NCBI GenBank assembly: GCA_040357565.1
Contig: JBDODJ010000089.1
Length of the DNA: 43,915 nucleotides
Strand: one strand, 5' to 3'
Source: Cercozoa sp. M6MM
Taxonomy: Eukaryota; Protista; Endomyxa: Ascetosporea
A model generated the notes under the pieces. It was not told the DNA's origin and did no database searches. It saw only the letters and a program-made list of their open reading frames with translations. This document shows positions 11,245 through 25,179 of this stretch, in pieces (the stretch's first letter is position 1; every line of letters begins with the position of its first letter). The position numbers and the translations under genes were made by a program.

Positions 11245-13177
11245 TCAGATGGGAGACTCGACATCGAAACTAGCGCCTACAGGCACCTCGCGAGCAGCGC
11301 GACGCTGAGGGGCATACAAAAAAAGTAGTTTGAAGCCGGTCTCGACAGACAGAGGACTGTCCGGAATGCAACGGTACCTGTTGATCCAGGCGTTGTCGCA
11401 GCTCGCTGAGATTTTCAACCTGTTTCTCTGGCTTTGGTTTAGACTTCAGCTCATGGTCCGGCTCATGCCAACGCTCCGGTATGTCTGCAGGCACCTCGTG
11501 TGCCACCTCCGTCTTGTTGCACTGTGCCTCCAGTCGCTCCACTGCAAGTACAGTGTGTGTGTGTGTGTGTGTGTGTTGCAGAAGAGGAGAAAAGCTACAC
11601 AACTCGGCATCGATGACAGGAGGCGCCAGTTCGTCGGCGACGGCGTCGAGCGTGCGACGCAGCTGCGCGACAACGGTGCCGTGCAGCTGCGCGTGACGCG
11701 GCGACACGTGCTCCTGCAGCCAGTCCGCCCGTGTTAGAGGCTCCAGTGTCCGGCTCTGCACATACACACTCACTCACACTCACAGTACACCTACAGAGGG
11801 GAAGGTACCTGCTCCTCAATCTCAGTCTGCACTTTCTTGGACACTGAGGTCATCATGACGCTACATACACACGTACACAATGGGGAGTACATGACGCACG
11901 GGGGAGGGGTACCTCAAGGCCGCCCACAGAGGCTGCAGCACGTACAGGTGCATGCCCGGCAGCGAGGACTCGACCAGTCGCGCGGCATGCAGCTCGGCCT
12001 CGAGCAGCAGACGACGCGCCAGCAAATCGCGTAACGAACGCTCGTCCAGCGACCCCCTGTTTCCTTCTTCCTGTGCACTGCCTGGGTGGTCCAGGTTGAC
12101 CCCGTCCTTTTGCCTGTCCATGTTGTGTTCCTTCTCGGTCTCTTCCTTTGTGTCCTCCCTGTCCTCGTCTTGGTTGGTGCCAAACCTTCTGGCGTTGTCG
12201 ACAACGAGACGCCTTCGACACAGGTCGCGCTCCAGTCGGCACAGCGACACTACCGTCTGCGCGAGCACCTCGTGCCGTCGCTCCGTGCCCTGTGGCATCG
12301 AGTTAATGGGCAATGGGCAATGGGCGATGGTGGGTAAGAAACAACACTGAGCAGAGATAGAGGTACAGCAGGGTGAAACAGTCGTTGTGTCAGCAGGGCT
12401 TGCCACAACTGCGCCGCTGCTCTTTCGACCTGCGCCAACACCAACGGGACATACATACATACCATACATAAGACAGACATACATACAGACATATAGTGTG
12501 TGGTCTAGATATATAGACAGAAAGGAAGCAAGAGAACCTGTTGCACGAACCAGTCTTGCTTCGCCCTTACCCTAGATATACATAGCTATGTATATGGAAC
12601 GAGGGTATTCAGCCAGGTATACAGCATGATGCGCGTGTCAAACACGAGCGATGACAGCAAGTCGACATTCAGTTGCATGAAAACGTTTCTGTTCGAAGCC
12701 AGTCGGTGTGTGGCTGAGCATACAGGTGCCTGCATCGCGATACACACGAGCCAGGGCGAGGGAGGAACTACCTTCGGCAAATGTGTTCGTGTCCTGCAGG
12801 TGCAGTGCGAGTCGCGCCATGTGCGCCCAGACGTTCGGATGCACAAGCGATGTTTTTAGAACCTCGTTCTGCCGCATTGTGCAATGTTTCCTCAGGTACA
12901 ATAATACACCAAGGCAAAGTACCCTCTGCTGAAGGTACTGCATGCCGATGCGTCTCTTGTCTATATCGTCCTTGGCATGCTGCCATTTTAGCTTCAGTGA
13001 CTCCAACTGCGCCAAATTTAAGCATGGACAACGTGCAAACGCACACAGAAGCACGCGAATTGAGGGTGAATCTACCTTTTGGATAAAACAGGTGTCACTT
13101 GCGTGTCTGGCTTGCGCACGGAGCGCGATTCGCGAGATCCGCCGGCATTGCATGCGTACTTGCGGTTTCTGCGCCAA
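11245..13177 (-). CDS. Hypothetical helical/coiled-coil protein; start approximate
   Basis: Consistent exon chain across ORFs 12638-13177, 12586-12846, 11861-12484 and 11270-11773. Last exon RRAAREVPVGASFDVESPI*. No recognised family. Confidence 0.6.
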
Positions 13178-13476
13178 ACTCGCGCTTTAGCAGACACAGA
13201 TTGCCTTAGAACTGGCTGCTTGTGGAGATTGATTTTTCTGTACAAATTTCGGCGCTCAGGCGATTTTTGAAAACTGGCGCTGCATCCACTTCGCGGATTT
13301 CTGAGGTGCGTTATGCTGCTCTGACACAACACAGAATCTCTGCACAATGGAATGGGCCTTATGCGCAAATTTCGACATTTCGTCGCTTTTTTGCGTGCGC
13401 CGAAATGTGCTTTTGAGTGCACTGGGATGTGCGTTGTTGTATTCTTTTGGTTTGCAGAACCCCAAACGAACGAAAC

Positions 13477-14038
13477 ATGCCCGGCAAGCCCGACCCCACG
13501 CAGATCGTGACCCTGGTGCTCAAGACCACCGGTGGTGTTGTTGCTGGTGCTTCGGCCCTGGCCCCGCGCCTCGGTCCGCTTGGTCTCTCGGCCAAGAAGG
13601 TGCGTTGTATTGCTCTGTTTGCTTTCTGCCTGCTGTGATTGATGTGATGTCTGCGTGCAGGTTGGTGAGGACATCGCCAAGAACACCAAGTCGTACCTCG
13701 GCCTCCCGGTGACGGTGAAGCTCACGATCCAGAACCGTCAGGCCCAGATCGAGGTTGTGCCGACGGCCGCCCTTCTGGTGCTCAAGGAGCTGAACGAGCC
13801 GCCGCGCGCCAAGGGCGAGAAGTTCATCAAGCACGACGGCAACCTCACGCTTGAGCAGATCTACTCGATCGCGCGCACGATGCGCGAGCAGGGCAAGTCG
13901 CGCTCGCGCACCTTTGGCGGCTCGTGCAAGGAGATCCTCGGTACGGCCAACTCGGTCGGCTGCACTGTCGAGGGCGTCTCGCCGCGCGAGATCCAGCGCC
14001 AGATCACCGAGGGCGAGCTCGACGTGCCGGAGGAGTAA
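13477..14038 (+). CDS. RPL12: 60S ribosomal protein L12 (uL11)
   Basis: MPGKPDP..GGVVAGASALAPRLGPLGLSAKK|VGEDIAK..VTVKLTIQNRQAQIEVVP..LKELNEPPR..KHDGNLT..KEILGTANSVGCTVEG. One intron (13600-13660) and strong GC3 codon bias. Confidence 0.97.
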
Positions 14039-14348
14039 ACCTTGACGTCTCTTCGCTTTCAGTGTCTTTGCCGTTGTTTCGTTCTTTTGCTCAGATGATT
14101 ACTCTACCGTACCCCGGTTCAACTAAACACCGCTTACTTTCAATAGAACTGACGTAATAATTTTTGATAGCAACTCTAGTTGTGGCCAATGGGCGGCAAG
14201 ACTTATGGATACGGCGCCGGCAGCAAACTTACAATGTATAAGTAATAGTAAATACAGCATGGAAAGTTGTTAGCTGGATCCAGTCGCCTTGCGGTGAGAA
14301 CCGTCGTCCAGTCGAGTCTGACGGCCAGTAGCGTCTCCAGCCTCCAGC

Positions 14349-16099
14349 TCAGTAGGTCTTGTTGATGTAGCGCTCCCATAGCGAGTTGATCTGCTCGTAC
14401 AGAGTCATCACGATGGCGACGTCCGCACACACGCGAGCGAGACGCGGGCCCACGCCGTGGTACTATGAGAAAGAACGATAGTGAACGAGCCCAGTAGTTC
14501 ACTATGGGGCGAGCAGGTAGACAAGCAGACAAGTGTACAAATCCAAGCGGGCCGTGCTCCTTCCAGATCGTGGCGGCGCAGTGCAGCGAGTTGCGGTACT
14601 TGTGCGCCTCGAGACCCTACCAAATCAGTCAGTGCGTTTGCAAGGTTTCAGCTGTCTGTTTTCCGCTAGCATAGAGCACTAACCTGCATTCGCGTCTTGA
14701 TGACGTCAAGTGGCGTGTTTCCAAACACAGAGGCGGCACCTGTACAGCCAGGAAGGTAAATGTAACTGAAAGCAAGCAAAAAAGGAAGACAGGAAGACAG
14801 GAAGACAGGAAGGAAGAAAAGAAGGAGTACCTGCCATGGCGCCGGCCAGCGTGTGCTTGTACGCCGCCATGTCACGCGGATCCTCCTGCGCAAAAGCAAA
14901 AGCGTCGGCTAGAGGTAAACTTACACAAGCAACAAGAGACAACATACCTGGCCAGCAAGCAGGTGCTTGAATCGCTCGTAGCACGCCCATCGGATCGCCT
15001 GCAAAAGGTGACCAGCGATATCAAAGTGCCGCTCTAAGAGTACAGTGTTAAGGAACCGGGACTCACCTGATTGCTGCCCTGCTTGAGGAGCGTAGGACCG
15101 AGGCCCTGGTAGGTGCCACGCAGACCCTGCTCGGCCAGGATCGTGCGTACGCCGTGGAAGAAACTCCTGTACTTGCGCTGTCCAGCCGGACGCATCTGGT
15201 CGTCGATCAGCTTGACCTTCATGGTCTCTTGCGGCGTCACCACCGTCAGTGCCTCAGCCACACCGGCGCCGAGACCTGCCAGCAATGCGACGTACACACA
15301 CATACCCTCTCTTACCAAATGGCTAGCATACTACAAGTCTACAGCGGCGTACCTGCCAACAGAGCCCCCGAGTTTGAAATCTGGCCCTTCTCGTTGGTCT
15401 GACAAAGCAATTCCGCATCTAAAAGAGAAACAAACACACAGAAAGTGCATACCATGCCGTTGGACAGTGCCTCCTTCTTGAGGAATTCGTAGCTATTTAC
15501 AAAAACAAACAATTCTACACCATCTATCGAAAGTTCAAAGGAGGTATCGGTACGCCGAGAAACGAGCGGCCGACTTGGGCACAGCAAAGAACAGCAGTGG
15601 CTGCAGACCTGCGCATGACAACACACGTATATTTCAACCTGCACAACACAAGAGCGAGTACACACAAAACTACCTCGGTACAGGCCAGTAATTCCATGGT
15701 GCTTCATTGTGTGCTTGACACAACCAATCGCACCGCGGTTCGACATGTCCTTGTACAACTGCATCTGCGTCTTGACGTACTCCGTGCTACGTTACATACA
15801 CACAAGACATAGCGATGCAGAGGCACGGTACTCACCCTATATACTTTTTGAGTTCTTCTTACGGGTATGTCATGCAGATTTCGATGCCTCCCTGCATTAT
15901 ACACACCAAAGATCGCAGTACACAGGTGGAAAACGACGGAGAACAAGGTACGGCAATGCCGCCGACCATAATGGCCTGTGCAGCGGACTTGGGCTTTGGC
16001 TTCTCACGTGGCGCCTGATCACAAAAAACAAACAAAAACAATGTAATCTGCCCCAACCAGGCGTAACGAAGCACCAGAACACACAGGAAGGTTTACCAT
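14349..16099 (-). CDS. Mitochondrial carrier, tricarboxylate/citrate transporter type (SLC25A1/CTP1-like)
   Basis: [62 protein letters not shown] and [17 protein letters not shown] give three PxDxxK/PxExxK carrier repeats with citrate-carrier-like residues. The first coding exon is the ATG alone. Confidence 0.9.
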
Positions 16100-16385
16100 G
16101 TTTAAGGTACACTACTAAGTTTAATACACACAATATTAGCAAAGGTTTTGTGCGATTTCGAAGGATCAGAATCACGTTGATCGCGTGGAAAATTCATGGT
16201 ACAAACGGACCGCTGTATCTGTTTAATGAAATGTCCACTGGGCAGCACTCATTAGCTAAGGAAGCTTCCACAAGCTCTGCGAAAACATCGCATCCCCCCT
16301 CACACACATCCGCGTTGTTAGCCAACAGTGCCGACCGCATCCAGCAAGCGCCGTGCACGCTAGCCGAAAATAAAAATCACGAAAA

Positions 16386-17216
16386 ATGCCGCACTCGGAC
16401 AACACGACGTTCCTGTTCACGTCTGAATCTGTGAACGAGGGTCACCCGTAACATGAGCATAGTCCGTGTGCAGTGGCCCGCGAGCCTAATTTTTTGTGTT
16501 CTGGCAATTTTTTGCTGGATTCTAATCGTTGTTTTGTGATGCTGATCGATCGTTGGTGTGATTGTTTTGTGTGGTGCCTGCGCAGCGACAAGCTGGCCGA
16601 CGCCGTGTCGGACGCTGTGCTGGATGCGTGCCTCAAGGTCGACCCGAACGCCAAGGTTGCCTGCGAGACGGCCACCAAGACCGGCATGGTGATGATCTTT
16701 GGCGAGATCACCGTCGACGGCGAGGTCGACTACGAGAGCGTTGTGCGTGAGGCCGTCAAGAACATCGGCTACGACGACGTCGCCAAGGGTGCGTTTGTTT
16801 GCCCCCCCCCCCCGCCCCATCCCCCATCCCTATCTTATCCTTTGCACCCTTGCCTCCTGCAGGTCTCGACTACCGCACGTTCAACTTCGTGAACCACATC
16901 GAGCAGCAGTCGCCGGACATTGCGCAGGTGACCTCTTGTTTCCCCTCCCCTCCCCTCCCTTATCATTACGCATGCATGTGTGGGGTGTGACAGGGCGTGC
17001 ACGTCGACAAGTCGACCGAGGAGATCGGCGCCGGTGACCAGGGCATCATGTTCGGCTACGCCACCGACGAGACCGAGGAGCTCATGCCGCTCACGCACGT
17101 GCTGGCCACGAAGCTCGGCAAGCGTCTCACCGACGTGCGCAAGGACGGCACGCTCTCGTGGGTATGTCCTGTCCCGACTATACATAGCAGTATATATGTA
17201 TGTGTACATATATACC

Positions 17217-17257
<41 letters not shown>

Positions 17258-17934
17258 TGCGCCCGGACGGCAAGACGCAGGTGACGATTGAGTACCACGA
17301 GGAGAATGGCGCCATGGTGCCGCGTCGCGTGCACACGATCCTGATCTCGACGCAGCACGACGACGGCATCTCGCAGGAGCAGATCCAGGCCGACCTGCTG
17401 GAGCACGTGATCAAGCCGGTGGTGCCTGCCAAGTACCTGGACGAGGAGACGATCTACCACCTCAACCCGTCCGGCCGCTTCGTCATTGGCGGTCCGCACG
17501 GCGACGCTGGTCTCACGGGCCGCAAGATCATCATCGACACCTACGGCGGCTGGGGCGCGCATGGCGGTGGCGCCTTCTCGGGCAAGGACCCCACCAAGGT
17601 CGACCGCTCGGCCGCCTACGCGTCGCGCTGGATCGCCAAGTCGCTCGTGGCCGCCAAGCTGTGCCGCCGCTGCCTCGTGCAGGTCTCGTACGCCATCGGT
17701 GTGGCCGAGCCGCTGTCGATCCACGTGGACACCTACGGCACCGTCGCCGAGGGCAAGACCGACTCGGACATCCTCGACATCATCAAGAAGAACTTCGACC
17801 TGCGTCCGGGCCTCATCATGCAGGAGCTCAAGCTGCGCACGCCCGTGTACGCGCAGACGGCCGCGTACGGCCACTTTGGCCGCGAGGAGTTCGCCTGGGA
17901 GAAGCCGAAGCAGCTCGACCTCAACGTCGACTAA
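16386..17934 (+). CDS. MAT: S-adenosylmethionine synthetase (canonical MAT)
   Basis: [102 protein letters not shown]. Four GT-AG introns. Confidence 0.98.
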
Positions 17935-18412
17935 GTTGCTCACGCAATCCAAGGCAAGGCCACGCCGACTGACTTATATAAGTTCTTCGCTCGGCTCTGT
18001 TCTGGCAACGACAGCAGTCGCGAGTTGTAGTATTAGTTAACCTAGCCCTTCATGTACAAAAGAAGTAAGTCGTCAAACATACGAAGCGAAGGAATTAAAT
18101 TATGTAGTTTGAAGAAGCGAAGTGAAGAATTCCCTCCAACTGGGTTCTTGCGTCAAACAGCCGGAGTCGTAGATGGAATCTTTCATCATGGGGACAATCA
18201 TGTAGAAATAACCTTACTCTACAGCAGCAGATGCTAACTTGTCGAGGTGGATATCAGTACGAACTGCAGAGCAACTGACCAGCTGATGCCAAGTAGATGA
18301 GTTTGCTCTTTCTCTTTTACTTCGATGGCAGTGGGCCAACTGGTCTGCTTGGGTTGCATAATTTGAGTCAGTCTGTAACACAAAAACTGGCCAACCAACC
18401 CATAAATCAAAG

Positions 18413-20565
18413 TCAGGCCGACTCGTAGTGCTTGGCCTTGGCGTGCGCACTCAGCGGCTTGGTCTTCTCCTTTAGTGCCTGGACGCGTTCACGCAGTCTC
18501 CGCAACATGACCGTGTGGTTGTGCAGCTGTGTGCGCATATGTCCAACGCATACTCCACACAGACAGAGGGACAGAGGGAAAGGGACACAGGGACACATGT
18601 ACCACAGGCCGCATCTGCAGCAACAGTTGTCGCACGCGCTGCTCCTGCGGCGTGTTGGCCGCCGTGTGCCAGCCGTCGGCATCTGCGGCCACACAGGAAG
18701 GGTACAGTCGGGTAGGAGACAGGCAGAGGCAGGCAAGAGCATGCACCAGTCTGCACGTTGGCGTCGCCATCGCTGGCCAGCAGCAGCGTGCCGGCGCCTA
18801 TGCCGATGCGATTGGCCGACACGGTGTGCCGGAGCGACAGGTGCTCCAGCGACTGCATCGAGCGCGCCATGGCCGTCTCCGAGCGCGCTCTCTCGCACAC
18901 GTCGTTCTGTCCAGACCCAGCTTAATCCCAACTTAATCCAATCCCGGCTTAGTCCAATCCCAGTACTGGAGGTGAGTGTGGCCACAGTGTACCACGAGTC
19001 GACGCGTCTTGTTGGTGTCGTACACGGCCTGCGCCACGTGCTGCGCCAGCGCGCGTTCGGCCGCGCTGAGCGGACGGCCCAGTGCGCCACTCTGCAACAG
19101 CAGCTCGTCGAAAAAGGCCTGTGCACAAATAGGTCAGTACATACCTATATACCTATGTCTATGTATAGATATACAGAAGGCTACCACATGGTCGGACAGA
19201 CTGGCATGCCGCTCCTCAGCGGCCTCCACGAGCACTTGTTTCTGCTGCCGCAGCTGCGCCACGACGTCGTTCAAATCCGCCAGTGCTGTGCCGCCAGGGG
19301 GGGGGGGGGGGGTAAGAGAAAAGGTGTAAAGGGGAGGGGTAAGAGAGAAGGGCAAGCAAGGCTAGAGGCCTACCACGCTTCTGCTGCCGCGCGATCTGTC
19401 GCTGCAGCAGCACGCGACGTTCGCAAAGCTGCGCGAGTCGCTTCAAGTCACCACTCGTCTTTTGCATGCGTCTTCGCACCTGCATTCATAGGGGTAGGGT
19501 AGAGTAGGTAGGGTAGGGTAGATTAGGTAGGATATGGTAGATTAGGTAGTAGGGTCTAGGGGGCACCGCCAGCAACCACTGCAGCGAGGCCTCGTCGTGC
19601 CGCAAGATCGGCGGCTTGGCATGCAGGCCCTGCGGTGACACGAGTCGGCGCGCACCGCGCGTGGCCTCCAGCTGCCGCAGCAGCGGCGCCGCCTCGTCGA
19701 CGAAGAAGCTCACGCCGGCACGGCCGTACCAGCACTCGTCCTGCCCGCGCACGCGCTGTCGCTGCATCAGCAAGTCCAGTGCCTGCACACATACACACAT
19801 ACATATATTAACGTACAGACACATATTACCTATATATATCTATACATATCTATATATTTGTATATGTGTAGGTATATGTATAGAGTGAGAAAGTGATATA
19901 GTAGCAACCTCATCGGCCGCAGTGAGCGGGCAGAAGGCGAGTCCCTGCCGCGTCAGAGCGACGGCGCCGGTGCCCACGACGGTGTCGTCCAGCACGGCAC
20001 CCGACAACACGCGGTGTCGCACCGAAAGGTCGCGCCACTCCACCGGCGGCGCACTCGACGTGTCACGCACGTGCGACAGCAAGGCCTGTCCTCACCCCCA
20101 ACACATACCCTTCTGTGTTGTACACATACAGAATACACGGGCAGTAGGCTACCTGAGTGACAGAGGCATCGCCTTCCAGCAGACGAGACAGCCTGCACCA
20201 AGTGGCAACATACAGGGGTGTCATCATACAGGTCCATTATACAGGGGTGTCATCATACAGGTCCATTATACAGGGGTATCATACTATATGGGAGGGGGTC
20301 AGGTACCACGGCGCATGCAGTCGGTACAGGTGCGACTGCGCCGTCACAGAGCACAGAAAGAACGAGTCGCAGCGCGCACGCAGCGTCGGCAGACGCTCTG
20401 CACTGGCACCTGTGCACACACATACACATACACACACACATACACAGACACACAGACACACATACACACATACACCCCCGGTATACCCGGGACTTGGCCT
20501 ACCTCCTATGGCCGGCAGGTGCGTGCGCGACAACAACACCGTCTTCAACGGCACTGACATGTCCT
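18413..20565 (-). CDS. Nucleoporin Nup88/Nup82-like protein, C-terminal part (5' end lost in N-gap)
   Basis: A beta-strand-like region ending LYRLHAPWLSRLL, followed by a long coiled coil containing RPLSAAERAL. This recalls the PxLSxxER motif and propeller-plus-coiled-coil layout of Nup88. Similarity judged by eye. Confidence 0.5.
20210..20286. repeat. Intronic 29-bp tandem repeat (~2.6 copies)
   Basis: atacaggggtgtcatcatacaggtccatt repeated. Confidence 0.9.
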
Positions 20566-20682
20566 AAAGCGGGGGGGGGGGGNNNNNNNNNNNNNNNNNN
20601 NNNNNNNNNNNNNNNNNNNNNNNNNNNNNNNNNNNNNNNNNNNNNNNNNNNNNNNNNNNNNNNNNNNNNNNNNNNNNNNNNN

Positions 20683-20935
<253 letters not shown>

Positions 20936-20977
20936 ACTTTGGCATGTGATATGTGCACCTTGTGTAGTCGGCGTTGC

Positions 20978-21413
20978 CAACGAAAAGTTCCGCAAGAACT
21001 TGGCTCGCATCGAGCGCTTCACGCAGCACCTGCGACAATGCATGTTTGCACCCAAGGTACGCCTAGCCCCCTGTACTATCTCTGGGCGTATGAACTGTAC
21101 GCGTCCAGCAGACGCAGAAATTTGTGGTGTTGGTTCCTCCGCGCGACACGAACAGGATCCGTCAGATGCTCAACCAGCAGGGTAGCAGAATTCCCACCTA
21201 TAGCACCTTGAATGAGATGGGTAATTTTTGTTGCAAACAGGCATATTCGATCGACGTCGCAAGATCGCCATTGTCGAACACAACAACGAACGGTACGCCG
21301 CACTGCCGACTGTGCCTATTGAGGTACCTGACCCATACATAGTGGGGAGTGTGTGTGTTGTGATGTGTGTGTGTGTTGTGATGTGTGTGTGTGTGTGTGT
21401 TGTGATGTGTGTG

Positions 21414-21457
<44 letters not shown>

Positions 21458-23129
21458 CAGGGTGAGGTGCGTGGCATGCCGTCAGAGGTTCTAGTGCTGC
21501 CACTGAAGCAGTGCGATCCTTGGCAGGGTGGCCACACTCGTCGCTCACCGCGTCAACAGATGCAGCACTCGCTCCTGCAGCTTGTCCCGTCGTGCGGCAG
21601 CGACTCTCTCGAGAAGGCCCTGCCAAAGAAGTGGGAGATGCTGCAGGACATTGCTCTGTTGCCACCCGGGTCGTTGCAACAGGTACCGATTCAGCTCAGG
21701 GTTGAAATACATGTGAGGTGGATTTAACTTAGGTACTGCGAGTACTGGGAGAATCTGCGCCTCTGAGCGACAGCACGACACAGGAGGCCTTGTGTGTGAT
21801 CGCACGTGCCATTCCTAAGTGCACACGCCTGTGCAGTTTTTTTTTAGCCCTCCTGTTTATATACCCGCGTGTGTATTTGAATCATTGATGCCATGTACAG
21901 GGCAATGCAAGCGCCGATCGATCGATCCTTGAAACGACACTCCCGCGCGCGCGTCGTTCTCGATTTGCGCAGTGCCGGCTCTGTTGTGGTCGGTTCAGGT
22001 GTCTTCTGATGTGTGGTGTGTGTGCGTGTCTTCTGCAAAAAGACTTCTGTGCGCAGGTGCACCCTCAGATCAGCTCATTGCTAAGCAATGACACTGGCGA
22101 CTTGGACGTTGTGTTGGACGGCTGGGTCCAACACAAGGAGAACGGCATCGTGTTCAACTTGGGTACACTACGGGCACCTTTTTCAGTTTCCTCTTTTCTC
22201 CTTTTGCGTACTTATGCTTGCGTGTGTATGTGTTTGACAGAGGTGCAGAAGTGCATGTTCTGCAGCGGTAACGGCAGCGAGAAAGAGCGTGTTGCTACCC
22301 TTGCACGACAGGCCGGTAGACCATTTTGGACTCTAGTATGGGTTGTATGTTGTTTATGCAGCGGAAGCTGGAAGGCCTGATGTGGTTGCCGACATGTTTG
22401 CCGGCATTGGCTACTTCACACTTCCCTGTAAGTTCATCAGTTGCCCCTTTAACCATACTGCTCTCGATACGACATGATTGTTTTTGTTCGGTAGACCTGG
22501 TACACGGCAAGGTGCAGAGTCTGACGTCGTTCGAATGGAACGACAATGCGTTGGAAGCCCTCCGTCGCAATCTTGTGTCCAACAGTGAATTACCTCTTCT
22601 TGTGCAATATGTGCAACATGAGAACCTTTGTGTGCTCGTATGCTTGTAGACGTCAAGGCCGAGGTCGTGCCGGGTGACAACACTGTAACTTGCATGCGAG
22701 AGGAGTTCCACGACAGGTACACGCGCGTCAATCTCGGCCTCATTCCGACCGTAAACGATGCGCAACTCGCCGCCTCAGTTCACCTGCGTAAATTTACCTT
22801 TTTGTTTGAAGTATCGTTTGCTTACTTTGGTTGCTTGACACATTGCTTGCTTTTGCAGTGAGACATGAGGGTGGTATTCTCCACGTGCACGGCAATGTTA
22901 CACGCGGCGAAGAGGAACAGTTTACGCAGCACGTCGTGCAGGTGTGCTGTGCTGCCTTCCAATGTTTGCAATTTGTATGATTGTTCTGCAGGTCGTGTCG
23001 GAGACGTGTGAGTCCATCCCTCAAAAGCGAGCACTGCACATTGAGTCTCGTGGCTTGCACAAGGTCAAAAACTACGCACCGCGCATCGCGCACTATGTGC
23101 TCGACGTTGCGCTACGAACGACGGAGTGA
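20978..23129 (+). CDS. TYW2: tRNA wybutosine-synthesising protein 2 (TYW2/TRMT12), preceded in frame by a TYW3-like C-terminal helix; 5' end missing
   Basis: LPKKWE..DIALLP, WVQHKENGIVFNLEVQKCMFCSGNGSEKERVA, VADMFAGIGYFTLPYL, FEWNDNALEALRRNL, RVNLGLIP, GGILHVHGNV, HKVKNYAPRIAHYVLD. Confidence 0.92.
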
Positions 23130-23338
23130 ACCAACGCTAAATTTTAACTTGCTCGTGAATTGAATTCGCTTTTCGAGTCTGTCACGCACAGCCGTGCTCA
23201 GTCTAGCTACGCTCGGCTCGCGCAGCTACCAAATCGCTGAAGTTTCAGTAATTAGAAAACGAAACGCAAAACACCACCCAGACCCAGCGTGCAACACCGC
23301 ATACGTTTCATGCGATCGGACTGCAGGGCCGATCAAGC

Positions 23339-24851
<1,513 letters not shown>

Positions 24852-25179
24852 CTTCGAGCGTCAGAGAGTCAAAGAGAATAGCAGAGACGCGCACACTAAC
24901 CACACAGCAATCAGCACACACTTGCACAGCTCAACGCTCTGCGAAATGCCGCGAAAAGCGTGTTTTTTTTAAACCAAAGAGCGACGGAAAATCTAATCTG
25001 AATTGGGGCAAAAACAGCCTTTTCCAGCACGCCTGCCGCGCTGTTACCACGAAGATTGGTTTAAAAGGAGTGCTTAAGGGCCACTGGGGCCAAAAAGCGG
25101 GGTTTAGCGCCCGTTTCCGCACAATCACAATTTTCCTGTCCGTCTCGACAACCGTGCGTTTGTCAGGCGCGCTCTCACC

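Noticed and set aside
11238-11262. 5S rRNA C-box-like string (gagtagtcagatgggagac)
   Set aside because: It is largely the antisense of the last codons (ESPI*) of the minus-strand gene, and there is no other 5S similarity.
16386-17934. MATX or bacterial-derived SAM synthetase
   Set aside because: It lacks MATX-type insertions, has canonical eukaryotic MAT motifs and contains four spliceosomal introns.
17056-17952. Long antisense ORFs (also 13072-13725, 18432-19502, 23860-24972, 29048-29647)
   Set aside because: These are shadow frames of GC-rich coding sequence on the opposite strand.
18052-18066. METTL16-type site in the MAT 3' flank (tacaaaagaag)
   Set aside because: It does not match UACAGAGAA and has no clear enclosing hairpin.
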